Shown: piece after piece, positions 21,403 to 33,781 of the stretch | Layout of the letters: each line of letters starts with the position of its first letter | Position numbering within the stretch: the first letter of the stretch is position 1 | Assembly: GCA_010093995.1 (NCBI GenBank) | Contig: ML992541.1 | Coordinates: 1 to 39,894, forward strand | Origin: Elsinoe ampelina | Lineage: Eukaryota | Direction: 5' to 3' | Length of the DNA: 39,894 nucleotides | Notes under the pieces: generated by a model | What the model was told of the DNA's origin: nothing | The model's database searches: none | The model's input: only the letters and a program-made list of their open reading frames with translations | Program-made: the position numbers and the translations under genes

Positions 21403-23504
21403 ATATACCTCCAGCACTGGTAAATGGAGACGAGTACGATGCGATTGACTTGTTGGGTGTGTTGAGTCTTGTCGGCAGCGTACTCGAGGTCGTCAAAGAG
21501 GGTATGCTCCGGCAAGATATTGCAGGGCTGGTTTTGGCCGGCCGAAATTGCGGATGATGGAAACCTAGAGACCATCAGACTGCAGGCTCGAAATGAACAG
21601 GAAAGGTGATTTACCGGACGAATACCAGATCTGAGGCTGGATTGGCTGGGAGCCAGGTGGGAGGTAAGCGACAGATGTAGGAGGTAAGGGGCATGGCCCA
21701 TGGTGGTAGGGTAACAGACAACTCAGACAGGTCTGTGGAGCTTGCGAGAACATTGTGCCTGTTCGCTTTGTGAGCGAGAGTCAAACGCAGCGTTACGGCG
21801 CAGTTGGTTCGGTTTTGAGGTCGACTCGAGCGCTCGAGTCGTGCTGGGTTTACTTCGGTCCGATCGGAAGGAACGATAGTCGATGTGATGCACGTTGGTG
21901 TACCAGACATGAACGATGTCTGACTCGCGGGTGGCTTGCTTGGTACAACCACAACCGGTGAATGTGTACTGTAATGGAGGGTTGTGGGGAAGCAAGGGAT
22001 GAGAAGACGTAGAGACTCACCTGGTTCTGATCGAGATTACGACGTCGTCGAGAGAATTCGACAGGTCTCTGGGGCAGAGATACCGTGAGCTGGTTGTATG
22101 TTTCTGAGCAATATGTACAAACGAATCCCAAGAACCGGCAGGACGGAATTGGTGGTGTTCGGTGACGAGGTGCGGGAGGATGTCACAAAGCCGACTGGGA
22201 TGAGTACCAGAAAACCGGTCGAGGGTAGAATTTGACCTGGATACAGGATTCAAGCGGTACGGGACGAGAGTCTTAAGTATCCTAGATTGAGAAGGAAAAA
22301 ATTCGACGATACGGCTCTGTCGACCTTACCTTCGTTCCCGCTAGAGGCTGGCGCGAAGTAACATGCGCGACTGCAAACGGAGTAATTGTCCAAAGCTCCC
22401 CCTTGCAAGGGAGGGGATAGGAAACACCATAGCTGAATCAGGCTCCAGCCGCGTCCGGTCTGCGAGTGCGAGTTGAGATGATGAAAGTTGAGACGCAGAC
22501 CACAGGTTTGAAAAAGCGCTCTGACGCCTTCGTCCCGGTACATGGTACACAGAGTGGATTGTAAACATGGCCGTTTGATGCAAACGCGAGCCGGAGTGCA
22601 GGGATCGGTGACATTGACTTTGTCAAGATGTTCGAGGTCAAACGATGAGATCGACTGGCTGCCTGTCTGTGGAAGGTGCTTGTTTGTAGGCGTTGTACAG
22701 ATACTGGTAGAAGGAACGAATCGCAGTCAGCCAAGAGTGCCTGTCTGTGCGAGGTGAGGTGAGGTCCGGGTGGTGCAGTCAAAGCTGTCGGTCGGTAATG
22801 CCGCAGCGTCATGGCGTATGCGAGCTCAGCGGTGCTTTGAACGAATAGGAAGCGCCAGAGACGCCAGGTCAGCGGATGCAGGTCGGCGGATGCAGGTCTG
22901 CATTAGTTTGACGGGGGCAGGTCGGGTGGCTGCTGTCGTGCCAGTCGAAGTCGACCTGGTCGGCGGCACGTGGTCCACACACATTGTTCGGCTTCTCGGA
23001 ATTCATCTGTAGTATGGCCGAAATTGAGAGACTGTACAGTAGGTCTGAATGCCGCTTCAAACGTGTTGCTGGCAAAGGGAATGTCGTTGATGGCGGTCTT
23101 GACGCCAACCTCATCCGGCCAAGTTTTGGCGGTTGTGGCGTAACACTTCGGCCGGTCTTGGGTCGAGTCAATCGGCATCCGCGGACCGAAATGTTTGTCA
23201 AAGGGATAGATTGGCTCTTTGTACATGCAAGGCGGTCTATGCGTAGCCCACAGGATGCCTATCTTCAATGGTGGAACCGCCTGAGATCCCCCCGTCCGCA
23301 CATTTTACTGCAGGATACTCCTCCATACTTGTCCCCACGCCACACGGACCATCATCCCAACCGGTCAAACACCCCACCCACGGCTGTAAAATATGCATGT
23401 CTCTTTGGTCCTGTGCGACGCTGCCAGCACACACGTCGTTTCCTCCCCGGTCCATGTCGTGCAGATGGCAAATTTGGTCATTGCCGTGTCCATCATGTCC
23501 ACCG

Positions 23505-26500
23505 TCAAGGCTCGCTCGCTTCCACTTGGTTGAGCAGTCCTGCCTCCCGTACCAGTTCGTAGAACAGTCCCTTCTTCTGCACCAATTCTTGCGGCTTCCC
23601 GCACTCTGCCACCCGTCCCTTGTCCAGCACCACAATCCGATCGCTGTCCAGGATCGTGTTGATTCGATGGGCGATCGTAATAATCGTCCGATCCTTGAAC
23701 ATGTTGCTACGCAGTGTGGCTTGCAGCATTGCATCGGTTTCGACATCCACAGCAGCCTATTTAGGAAATACCGATCAGCCATGAACATGGGAATTTGAGA
23801 TTGTCGAGTACTTACGGTGGCTTCGTCAAGCACAAGGATGTTGCTTGGCGTGAGCAATGCCCGCGCCAGGGACACGAGCTGCCGTTGGCCCTGACTGAGA
23901 TTGGATCCTCCTTCGTGGATCTGTGCGTCGAGTCCCCCCGACATGCTTGTGACGTGGTCCCGGAGCTTTGCATGATCTGCACATGTCAGTGACACCCCGG
24001 TCAACCAAGGGCGGCCCGCAACTTACCCAAAGCACTCCATAGCTCAGTATCATCGTGCACATGTGAGGGATCCAGGTTGTCTCTGATGGTCCCTTCGAAC
24101 AAAGCTGCATCTTGAGGGATGATCGCCAGTCGTCGGCGAAGATCCAGCAGGCCGATTGAGCTTGTACTGACACTGTCAATCGTCACATTTCCAGCTGCAG
24201 GCTCGATGATCCGGAATAGCGCAAGTGTCAACGAGCTTTTTCCTGCACCCGTCCGCCCCACAACGCCAATCTTTTCATGCGACTTGATGCTCAAATTGAC
24301 ATCACGCAAGACAAGGTCCAGACCAGGCCGGTATCGCGTCGAGTAGTTGTTAAAGGACAGAGCTCCCTTCGATGGCCAGCTGGTAGGTGGTCGATGCTTT
24401 GAGATGATCTCAGGTGCTTCGCTTGGAAGCCCTGCATACTCTAGAACGCGCTCAACCGAGACAATATTCGTCTCGACTTCGACGGTCTGACGCACGATCC
24501 AATTGAGTGATTGAGTGATCTGAAGGGCATAGGACATCAGCAGACCAACCATACCACCAGTGAGTGGGCTGCCAGTTGACACCGCAATGACTGCAAGTCC
24601 AGCCGCGGCCAAGATGATGACAGATCCAATGAACTCCAATCGTACCGCAAGCCACCTGTTAGCGCTGATCGAGGGGTAGTATGCTCTCAGATTGGCATCC
24701 ATCCGCCATTCGTTTTCCTGCGCGAAGCGACCTGCTTGACGGTAGGCTCGGATCGTGCTGATACCGCTGAGTGACTCTTGGAAGTGGGCGTAAATTGGAC
24801 TTTTGCTGACGCTGTCCAATCGTTTGAGCTCTCGCGAAGTTCGTAGATAGTATCGCTGGATGTACAGGTACAATGCACCGAGTGGGATGATCAGTGCCGT
24901 AAATGCAGGTATCCCCACGGAGATGAGGACCAATGTGAAACCAGCTGTCAAATGTCAGATGCTGTGTCATGCATAATCATACAAACGCACCTCTAGCACT
25001 ATTCACGAAAAGCATGTTGAAAGTGCGTCTGCAGAAACGTGTCAGCTGTATGCAGGTGCGGCTGCAGCAGGTCATGCACATACGCCAGAACTTCGTCAAC
25101 CCGGTAAATGTCACTCGAGAATCGATTGAGGATGCGCCCTGTTGGTGTCGTCTCGAAGAAGCTCATTGGCGATCTGAAAATGGCAAACGCCATTCGTTCA
25201 TGTAATTTTCGAGAAGCCTTTGGAAATTAGCTGGACTCCTCCAAGGATTTGATTGACCTACTTCAATGGAGCAGAAGATCCACAGGATCAGTGTCTGCAC
25301 CACGACCAACAATGCTGAACCAATACCAAAAGCAAAGTATACACCTAGATACTTGCCAACCTCAGGATTCCGGCCATATCTGCCGTTTACCTCTGCCCAA
25401 TTCTTCAGCCATACAGATCCACCTGTTTCCGGCATTAGCGTTGGTTTGACACCTGCATGTGATGAACGTGCCTATCTGTGCAGTCTGCGCACCCATCAAT
25501 GTGAAAAGATAGATGGCCACGGCAATTAGATTGCTGGTCTTGGCGTACTCCGCGTATACCGACCATTTGACTTTGCCTTGTTCGGAATGTTCTTTCTGCT
25601 GTTTGGTCTTGAGATCTCCCCCTTCTTCATCGGTGAGCTTGCCGTGTGGGTGGAAACTTGCAGTGCTAGCTCTTCGGAGACTGGCACCGCTTATCCGGCG
25701 TGCACGACCTGTACCTCCTGGACGTATCGGCGCCAGTTCCGCGAGCCCTTCTTGCCTCTCGTTCGCTTCCTCCTCATCGCTGTTTGCATACACAGTAGCT
25801 GACTCGTCGCTCCGCGGAGTGCTAGACGTTTTGGATTCGTCCTCTCCGTCTGGCTCTTCATTGGTTGCAGACTTGATCAAATTGGAGATCTCTCCCTTCA
25901 TCGCCATGAGCTGTTCGTAAGTACCCCTCTCGATGATCCTGCCTTCCCGCAGAAGTACGATAAAATTAGCCTCCATCAGAACGGGCAGGGAGTTGGTCGC
26001 AAGAATCCTGGTCCGGGTTTTGAGTATTCCGTTAGGGCCCAAAACGTGGTTGATCAAATGACGACCCACGTGCTGGTCCACAGCAGACAGTACGTCGTCA
26101 AGCAGGTACACATCTGCTCGAGCGTACACGGCCCGGGCCAGTGTCAAACGGGCCTTTTGACCTCCTGACAGGGATATGCCGCGTTCGCCGACTTCCGTTT
26201 GATCACCGTCCGGCAGAGATGCAAAGTCGTCAAGCAGAGCACATGCTTTGATGGTCCGATCGTAGAACTCTTTGTCCCACCGATAGCCGAATACGATGTT
26301 CTCCCGGACTGATGCATTCATGACCCATGCAGACTGCGCGACATATGCAACCTTGCCCCTGACTACTACCTCGCCTCGAATCTTGTACAGATCACCAAGC
26401 ATGGTCTGCAGAAAGGATGATTTACCTGCGCCAACACGACCGACAACGCATGACAGCTCGCCTTTCGTGGCCGAAAAGGTAATATTTTCCAGGACATTCC

Positions 26501-28484
26501 TGTTATCATCGCTGTTCCAAGTAAAGCGGCCGTCAACGATACGGACAGACTCATCTCCCACAGATACGTGCGTATCGGGTCGGAGCACTGCATCCGGCTG
26601 CAGCTCCTGCGCAATGAAGAACTCTGTCAATCGCTGCACGGCGACGGTAGCTTCAATGATCGACGTGATGACCATTGGAAGGATTGCGAGTGGGAAGGTC
26701 AGCAGGTTGAACAGTGTCAAGGCCGGGAAGACTAGATCCGTAGTCAATGGCCTATCCTGAGTGAACACGTATACGGCGAAGGTGGAGCAGGAAACCAGGA
26801 ATGGAGTTGTCGACCAAGCGAAGTTTGCCAGTGCGATCGAGGCGCCGATCTTGCGCAGAGTGTTGAGCTCGAGATCGTTTCGGATGTGGTTAAGCTTGCT
26901 CATGAATGCTGTCGTCCAGGCATACAGCTTAATCGATTTCATGTTGTTCAGAATCTCAGTCATGAGCCTGGTCCTTGCATCTTTGTTCTTCATCTGCCTC
27001 TTTTGAAGGGTCTTAGCAATCTTGGCAATGACAGCGTTGAGTGGTATCATGGCGACCATAGCGCCGACTCCCGCAAGCATACTGACGCCCACGAGCTGAT
27101 ACAGCGACACCATGCACAGGACGATTTGAAACGGTGCAGACCAGAGTTGTTGTCCATACTGGGTAAGATCCTGGAGCCTTTGGGTATCAACTGCCATGTA
27201 GTTGACAATGTCACCAGTCGATTTTGACGCACGACCTTCATTTGAGAGCCTCATCGACTTTTGATAGATCGCAGCGGTCAATGCTGCCTTGACCCTCATA
27301 CCAGTCTCGAAAGCCAACTGGAAGTATTGGTGCAAGCATGCTGTTTGGGCGACGGAGACAAGAAACATAGCCAGAGCAATGCAGGCACCACGAATGGCAG
27401 TCTGTGGGCTGTCCGTCGAGTACGAGGCGACGAAAGAGATGAGCAGACGGAGTAGCTGAGGTTGGACGAATGCGAGAACGTCCGAGCCCGTCTTGATGAT
27501 TGCACCTTGTAAGTATGGGAGGCCAAAGCCTTTAAACAGTGCTATCCACAATGATGGCTTCTTCTTTTCCAGCTCCTTCGTCCAAGCCTTGTTGAATGCA
27601 TCGTATGTTGCTTTCGTGGTATCTGCCTTGCGAAGATTCCACAGGTCGTCCTGAGTGAGGAAATTCTTGTATCCAAACTTCATCAGGGGAGTCATCCAGC
27701 TGAAGGTGAGAACTGAAAAGATATTGGCATACTCGTACGGACATTCATCTTCGTCTCCAAGAGCATCGTAGTCGCTTAGTGCCTTTGGTACCAGCCATTC
27801 CAACCCGAATTCGGTAGCTGACAGAGCGAAGCCGATGACGTAGAAGATGAAGTATGGTAGGTGGGTCTTGTACAATTGCTGCGAGATCAGAGACCGTAGC
27901 TTGATAGTGTAGACGATCAGGGTCAAAAGCCAGTATACCAAAACCACTCCGTTAGCCTGCCTTGATCTCCAGTGTTCAATGTATTGCACATAGGCTATGA
28001 CAGAGATTGATGCTGCGTTGATTATCGTCGCCCAGAATCGGAAGTCACCAATAAATACGCTCTTGAAATCTGCAATCTGTAAAGCAGCTTGGGCGAGTGT
28101 GGTCGCGAGGAGGGCAGCAAGGACGGCCTAGGCATGGTCAGCGAGCTTGATACTCGGGTCAATCGGCTCCTGGCATACCAATTTGGCGAAGAAGTGCCAA
28201 TTCTGTTTGACCGGCTGAGGTGTACCCTTCTTCAGAAGATACCATATCGCCGCAGCTCCAAAGACAATTCCAAAAACAGACGAGATGGCGACCCAGACGT
28301 CCAGGAAGCAAGGTGTAAAATCATACCGTCCCTCGCTGACAGGACCCCATCCTTCTTTGTTACCGCATAACGGCTGAACGTACTTCTGTCCAGCAGATAG
28401 ATACTGCTGAAACTGCGGTGATGCTCCAGGAAACACTTGACGGGCGAGGACCGACTGCGCCGGGGAGTATCCTTCTTCAATCAT
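23505..28484 (-). CDS. YCF1: ABCC/MRP-type vacuolar glutathione-conjugate/metal resistance transporter (YCF1-like); 8 exons
   Basis: TMD0 (EGWGP...DFTPCF). NBD1: [26 protein letters not shown]2: [32 protein letters not shown]. Introns at 28178-28128, 25471-25423 (GC-AG), 25261-25218, 25083-25029, 24989-24945, 24026-23977 and 23815-23757 give a continuous frame. Confidence 0.95.
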
Positions 28485-28938
28485 GAGCAGACCCGATATC
28501 CTAGCCGTCGAACAGGTTGAAGTGCGACGAAAGAATCATAGGACGATCCGAGCGGTAGGGAAAGGATGTGTTGAACGTGAAAACCTCACAGGAAACACTG
28601 ATCTCAGGCAGAGGTTGTCAGCGCTCCTCCACTTGAGAGATCTAGGGCCGCCTTCCGTAAAAGGCAAGCAGCTGATTCGTCCCACCAATTGACGTAACGA
28701 TCTCTGAATCGATCGACTTTGCAGCGGGAGGGACGGGAGTAAGCGAGAAGCTTGAGTGGCCGAAGCTTCTTAAACTTTTCGACTTTCCTGTGAGACGATT
28801 CACCTTTGACAGACCTCACCTCATCTGCACCACTCGTGAACTGACAGCTTCAATACGCATTCCGAGTTCCACACCTTTACTTGATACGATCTACCTCGAA
28901 TCAGTCCCGCTCGAGCAGCTTGGTCTGCCTTCACGGCA

Positions 28939-30186
28939 ATGGCCGAAGTAGACACGGCGCCGCCGACGACCTCCGCACCCCTCTCAGATCTTCCCTTGAC
29001 CGATGCAGCCGACCCCTCAGCAGCCCTCACGACGACAGATGGCACGCTTGCAGCGCCTGTGAAGAAAACGAAGAAGATCATCCGCAAAAAGCGACGGCCA
29101 GCCAGACCTCAAGTCGACCCCGCGACCTTTAAGACCGAGCCACCTCCGCAAACTGGTACTATCTTCAACATCTGGTACAACAAATGGTCGGGTGGTGATC
29201 GTGAAGATGCTTTTCTCTCCAAGACACAGGCAAAAGGCCGATGCAACGTTGCCCTCGACTCGGGGTACACTCGCGCCGACAAGATTCCTGGTGCGTACTT
29301 CTGCCTTTTCTTCGCCCGAGGCCTGTGTCCCAAAGGACAGGACTGCGAGTACCTTCACCGTCTACCCAACAGCCGAATAGGAAAAGAAGGTGGACTAGGC
29401 GACATCTTTCCGAGCAACGTGGACTGCTTCGGCCGAGACAAATTTAGCGACTATCGGGACGACATGGGAGGTGTTGGATCGTTCATGCGCATTAACCGCA
29501 CACTCTATGTCGGACGAATTCATGTCACAGATGACATCGAGGAGGTTGTGGCCCGACATTTCCAGGAGTGGGGACAGGTGGAGCGAATTCGGGTACTACC
29601 TGCACGGGGTGTAGCCTTTGTCACATACGTGCATCTCGCGAATTCAGAGTTCGCGAAGGAAGCCATGGCTCATCAGGCCCTGGATCACAACGAGACTTTG
29701 AATGTGCGGTGGGCGACAGTCGATCCAAACCCGGCTGCACAGAAGCGCGAGGCACAGAGGATAGAGGAGCAGGCGGCGGAAGCCATCAGGCGAGCATTAC
29801 CGGCAGAGTACGTCGCCGAGATTGAAGGCAGAGGTTCAGGCTGGGAAGAGGCAAGGAAACGACGAAAGGTGGAAGGCACATTCGGCTTGGAAGGATACGA
29901 AGCACCAGACGAGGTATGGTACGCAAGCGAGAAGGCGAAGATAGGGGCACCCAACGAGAGGAAGATGCTTGAAGCAGGAGACGGCGGAGACGAGGACGAG
30001 GACGAAGGTGCCCCCCTTCGAGCAGAAGACTTTGCCAGAGAAGAGGAAGAGCAAGGCGGCATCCTCTCGGGCTCAACGCTAAAAGCTCTCAAAGGCTACG
30101 GCGCCTCCTCCGGCCCCGCCCAACCAGCCACTGACAAACCAGGTGGTCCACTCGTCGGCTATGGCAGCGACGAAGATAGCGACTAA
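28939..30186 (+). CDS. CWC2: Pre-mRNA splicing factor Cwc2 (Torus/CCCH zinc finger + RRM)
   Basis: RPARPQ, FNIWYNKWSGGDRED, FCLFFARGLCPKGQDCEYLHRLP, DCFGRDKFSDYRDDMGGVGSF, RTLYVGRI, AKEAMAHQAL and LNVRWATVDPNP. Confidence 0.96.
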   Translation: MAEVDTAPPTTSAPLSDLPLTDAADPSAALTTTDGTLAAPVKKTKKIIRKKRRPARPQVDPATFKTEPPPQTGTIFNIWYNKWSGGDREDAFLSKTQAKGRCNVALDSGYTRADKIPGAYFCLFFARGLCPKGQDCEYLHRLPNSRIGKEGGLGDIFPSNVDCFGRDKFSDYRDDMGGVGSFMRINRTLYVGRIHVTDDIEEVVARHFQEWGQVERIRVLPARGVAFVTYVHLANSEFAKEAMAHQALDHNETLNVRWATVDPNPAAQKREAQRIEEQAAEAIRRALPAEYVAEIEGRGSGWEEARKRRKVEGTFGLEGYEAPDEVWYASEKAKIGAPNERKMLEAGDGGDEDEDEGAPLRAEDFAREEEEQGGILSGSTLKALKGYGASSGPAQPATDKPGGPLVGYGSDEDSD

Positions 30187-30237
30187 GCAGAACGATACCC
30201 ACGATCCCCCAGATACATAGCATTGCAACAAATAATC

Positions 30238-31627
30238 TTACACCACCCCCTCCTCAGTCCCCTGTCCCGCCCCCTTTCCCCCCGACAACCTCCACTCCTT
30301 AAAACTCCCCTTGACCACCTCCCCCGTCCCGCCACCCATCTGCGTCTCCAACCTTACGCAAACCCTCTCCACCTTCGCCTGCTTCCAAACCCTATAGACC
30401 CCACCCTCGTGGACATTCTCCTTCAACCAGCCCAAAATCCCCGCCGCATTCGCCAAACAAACATTCGCATTCCAATAACAATGCCCACTCGCTTTAGCCT
30501 GCGCGGGTATCTTCTGCGTCTCCATCTCGATGGTTCTGTACAGGAAGCCGTCTTGTGTGCGCCAGCCCACGGCCACGGTGGGGCACCCGATGAGGAAGGA
30601 CTGCGCCCAGTATTTGAGGAGTTTTTCGGCGAAGATGCGGTGGCCGCGCGGGTCGGTGGGTTCGCGGGTGGTTTTGAGTTCGACCCACCGGGGAGGGTCG
30701 AGGGGGGAGGGGGGTTTGAAGCCCATTACTTGGCGAGGGGTTAGTGGGTGGGGGGGAGGGAAGGGGGGGAAAGGGGAATGGTACCGCCGTCGACTTCGCC
30801 GCCGAGGATCATGCTGTGGCCGCCGATGGCGGTTTCGACGATGCTGCAGTATTGTGCGGTGGTGTCGACGGTGCGGGAGGGGCGGGATTCGATGTCTTCG
30901 CGGGAGACTTCTTGCATGGGGTGGTCGAGCATGGAGAGGGTTTCGAATTTGTAGCCTGTGAGTGTCAGGACGTGGTGTAGGATGGATTGGGATGCCGGAT
31001 ACCATAGTATGATCCTACATCTAGTTTCCGACCAGCTGGTTGACGCTTGAGCTTGTGTTCGAAGCTCTCTTCGATATATCTTGGTGATAATCAGCTGTTG
31101 TTCTCAAGCTTAGCATAAGATACTAACATGGTCCCCTGGCAACGTCAATATCCAGAATACAGAATTGGGCGTTTGACAAACCTGGAATTTGGTGGCAAAC
31201 ATTTCCCAGCCGTCCTTGTCGAAAGGTGCGGTCACAAACTGGAGATGATCAATGATCATTCTCACTGTAGACAAGGCTTGCCTACTTTCGTCATCATGCC
31301 TCTCCATGTCACAAAGTCGACCTCGCAGTGCTTGCCTTCCCTACGCTCATGCACCTCAAGCGTGTCCAGAAGAGAATCCAGATGTTCGTCAGCTGCCGAA
31401 CCGTCCCTGTATATCAGATCCTGATATCCGACACTCATGTCAATTGGTCGAGGAGAAGGTGCGTGGGGAACATTGAAGAAGGCTGGATAGAAGTACCGCA
31501 ACGACTCGGTGGAGAACGGCTTGAGATTATGCTGGTCATCGTAGGAAAAGTATGCGATTTCTCGAGGTCTTTTGATGTTGACCTTGGTTCGCTGGTCCAG
31601 CGTGTGATCGATTCGAAATTCTTGCAT
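30238..31627 (-). CDS. RAI1: RAI1/DXO-family decapping nuclease; 6 exons (31627-31286, 31238-31182, 31135-31128, 31079-31003, 30955-30785, 30728-30238)
   Basis: Spliced product shows PREIAYFSYD, DFVTWRGMMTK, GTIYIEE, GYKFETLS, QYCSIVET, GGEVDG, WVELKT, KLLKYWAQSFLIG and VGWRTQDG. All five introns start GT and end AG, and they preserve the frame. Confidence 0.92.
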
Positions 31628-32089
31628 GGTTCCTCATGATCCACTCTCTGGCCAATTTGCTGCAGAGAAACTTGCTATGCCACGAAAAGGGCCAGCCCCT
31701 GGGTACCGTGCTATAAATGGCCAGGCAAAGTATTCTGCCAAATTATGATCCGATGTTGCATTTACTGTCCACCCAGGTTGTCTTTCACATACGTATCTTC
31801 TCTGATATTTGGCCGCGACCAAGCACAGTGGAATTCGAGGTCAACAACAGAGCACTTCAGCACCGCACGAGTAGTGGAGGATAAGCTTTCGGAGCGATCC
31901 GCCTCCGCAAAGTCACGAGCTGTCTCGCGGTGAAGCAGAGCCGCAGCACAACCATTCCCATACCACATCTGCTTGCCTTCAGAGCGACCATGTGCGAGTT
32001 TCGCATTTCAAGGCGCGGAACAAGTCGTTGATTAGATGCGGAATGCACTATTCAATTTTCATAATTACCATGCCAGGATAGCAGATATG

Positions 32090-32107
32090 GAATGTTCTAG
32101 AACATTC
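32090..32107. promoter_or_regulatory. Heat shock element (four alternating nGAAn units)
   Basis: GAAtgTTCtaGAAcaTTC is a perfect 18-bp palindrome about 215 bp upstream of the Hsp40 ATG. CCAAT (32122) and a CRE-like GACGTCA (32128) follow it. Confidence 0.9.
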
Positions 32108-32323
32108 TGAAGGTCCCGCAGCCAATCGACGTCACTGATGGATGTTTCGAGAGTAATGAGCAGCCGCAACCTAACAAGACTTAGCAACTTCCATTCACCA
32201 ACCACTCACTCTTTTGCCAAACCCAATTCTACTTCTCCCGAGGATCTTAGTCAAGTATCTCGAGTACAAGTAATTCTTGTTCTCCCAACATCACTCCAGC
32301 ATTGATCACTCACCACAGCCACA

Positions 32324-33475
32324 ATGGTCGCAGAGACCAAACTCTACGACCGGCTGAGCATCTCACCAACAGCCAGCGATGCCGAAATTAAAAAGGCATA
32401 CAAGAAGGCTGCCCTCAAACATCACCCGGACAAGAACAAGGATGACCCAAAGTCAGCGGAGAAGTTCAAAGAAGTGTCGGAAGCATTCGAGATCCTGTCA
32501 GACCCGGACAAGAGAAAGTTATACGATCAGTATGGACTCGACTTTGTGCTGAAAGGCGGACAACCCATGCCGGAAGGCGCAAGTGGTGGAGGTGGATTTG
32601 GAGGAATGCCAGGCGGCTTCAGCGGCGGTATGCCGGGCGGATTCGGTGGCATGCCAGGTGGGACACAGTTCAAGTTCTCGACGAGTGGCTTCCCAGGTGG
32701 AGCAGGCGGTATGGGTGGAGGTTTCAACCCGAGTGATCCGCGAAAGATCTTCGAGCAATTCTTCGGCGGCAACATGGCGGGAGGTATGGGTGGTATGGAC
32801 ATGGATGATGATGACGATGGCTTTGGCGGCGGGTTTGGAGCCAGCCCATTCGGAGCACGAACGTCCTTTGGAGGTAGGCCCTCGACAGGTCGAAGCTTCT
32901 CCGGCATGAACGGTGTACCGAAGAGGCAACACACGCCTGAGATCACGGTAGTCGAGAAGCCACTCAAAGTTTCATTAGAGGACCTGTTCAAGGGCGTCAA
33001 CAAGAAGTTGCAGATTACTCGAAAGACATTCGACGAACGAACACAGAAGGCTTCAACAGAGAAAAAGGTGCTCGATATTCCAATCAAGCGAGGAATGAAA
33101 GCTGGCAGCAAATTCAAGTTCAGTGGAGTAGGCGACCAGATTGAGGGTGGCACTCAAGACATGCACTTTGTACTCGAGGAGCTGCCACATCCAGAATTCA
33201 AGCGTGAAGGGGACAATTTGGTCCGGACAGTCGAGATCGATCTCAAAGAATCACTCCTGGGCTGGTCCAAAACAATCAAGAACATCGAAGGTCGCCAACT
33301 GCAAGTCTCGGCAGGCGGCCCAACAGGGCCAGGCTACACACAAAACTTTCCTGGACAAGGCATGCCGAAACCCAAGAATCCAGACCAGAGAGGCGATATG
33401 ATCGTGTCGGTGAACATCAAATATCCAAAGTCGTTGACGGCGGACCAAAAGGCGAAGCTGAGGGACATGCTATAA
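32324..33475 (+). CDS. SIS1: Type II Hsp40/DnaJ co-chaperone (Sis1/Psi1-like)
   Basis: MVAETKLYD J-domain with HPDKN, a G/F- and G/M-rich linker, and a C-terminal substrate-binding domain with no zinc finger. Confidence 0.95.
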   Translation: MVAETKLYDRLSISPTASDAEIKKAYKKAALKHHPDKNKDDPKSAEKFKEVSEAFEILSDPDKRKLYDQYGLDFVLKGGQPMPEGASGGGGFGGMPGGFSGGMPGGFGGMPGGTQFKFSTSGFPGGAGGMGGGFNPSDPRKIFEQFFGGNMAGGMGGMDMDDDDDGFGGGFGASPFGARTSFGGRPSTGRSFSGMNGVPKRQHTPEITVVEKPLKVSLEDLFKGVNKKLQITRKTFDERTQKASTEKKVLDIPIKRGMKAGSKFKFSGVGDQIEGGTQDMHFVLEELPHPEFKREGDNLVRTVEIDLKESLLGWSKTIKNIEGRQLQVSAGGPTGPGYTQNFPGQGMPKPKNPDQRGDMIVSVNIKYPKSLTADQKAKLRDML

Positions 33476-33781
33476 TGAGGCATAACAGCATATGGCGTTT
33501 AAGCGGTTCACGAGTCTCTTCGGATATAATAACGATTGCATCTCAGGATAGAGCCTGAGAACCAGAGGATACATTTCTAGTATATAAATTCACGCAATGC
33601 ATAAGAATGTGTTGATCAGGGTTCTTCCTTCACGTGCTTCACGTTCTCCCACTAAAACTTTGCCTGCACTTCACATCGTTATCTCCACAAACAATCCGCC
33701 ACTTTATTCTCATCGCCTTCCTCTTGTAACAATATTCTCCCTCGCCAATCCCACACATTCCACCGTCATCAAAACCCCATC

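Noticed and set aside
22438..23562. Overlapping 110-190 aa ORFs downstream of YCF1
   Set aside because: Mostly non-ATG starts, atypical composition and no domain; likely spurious.
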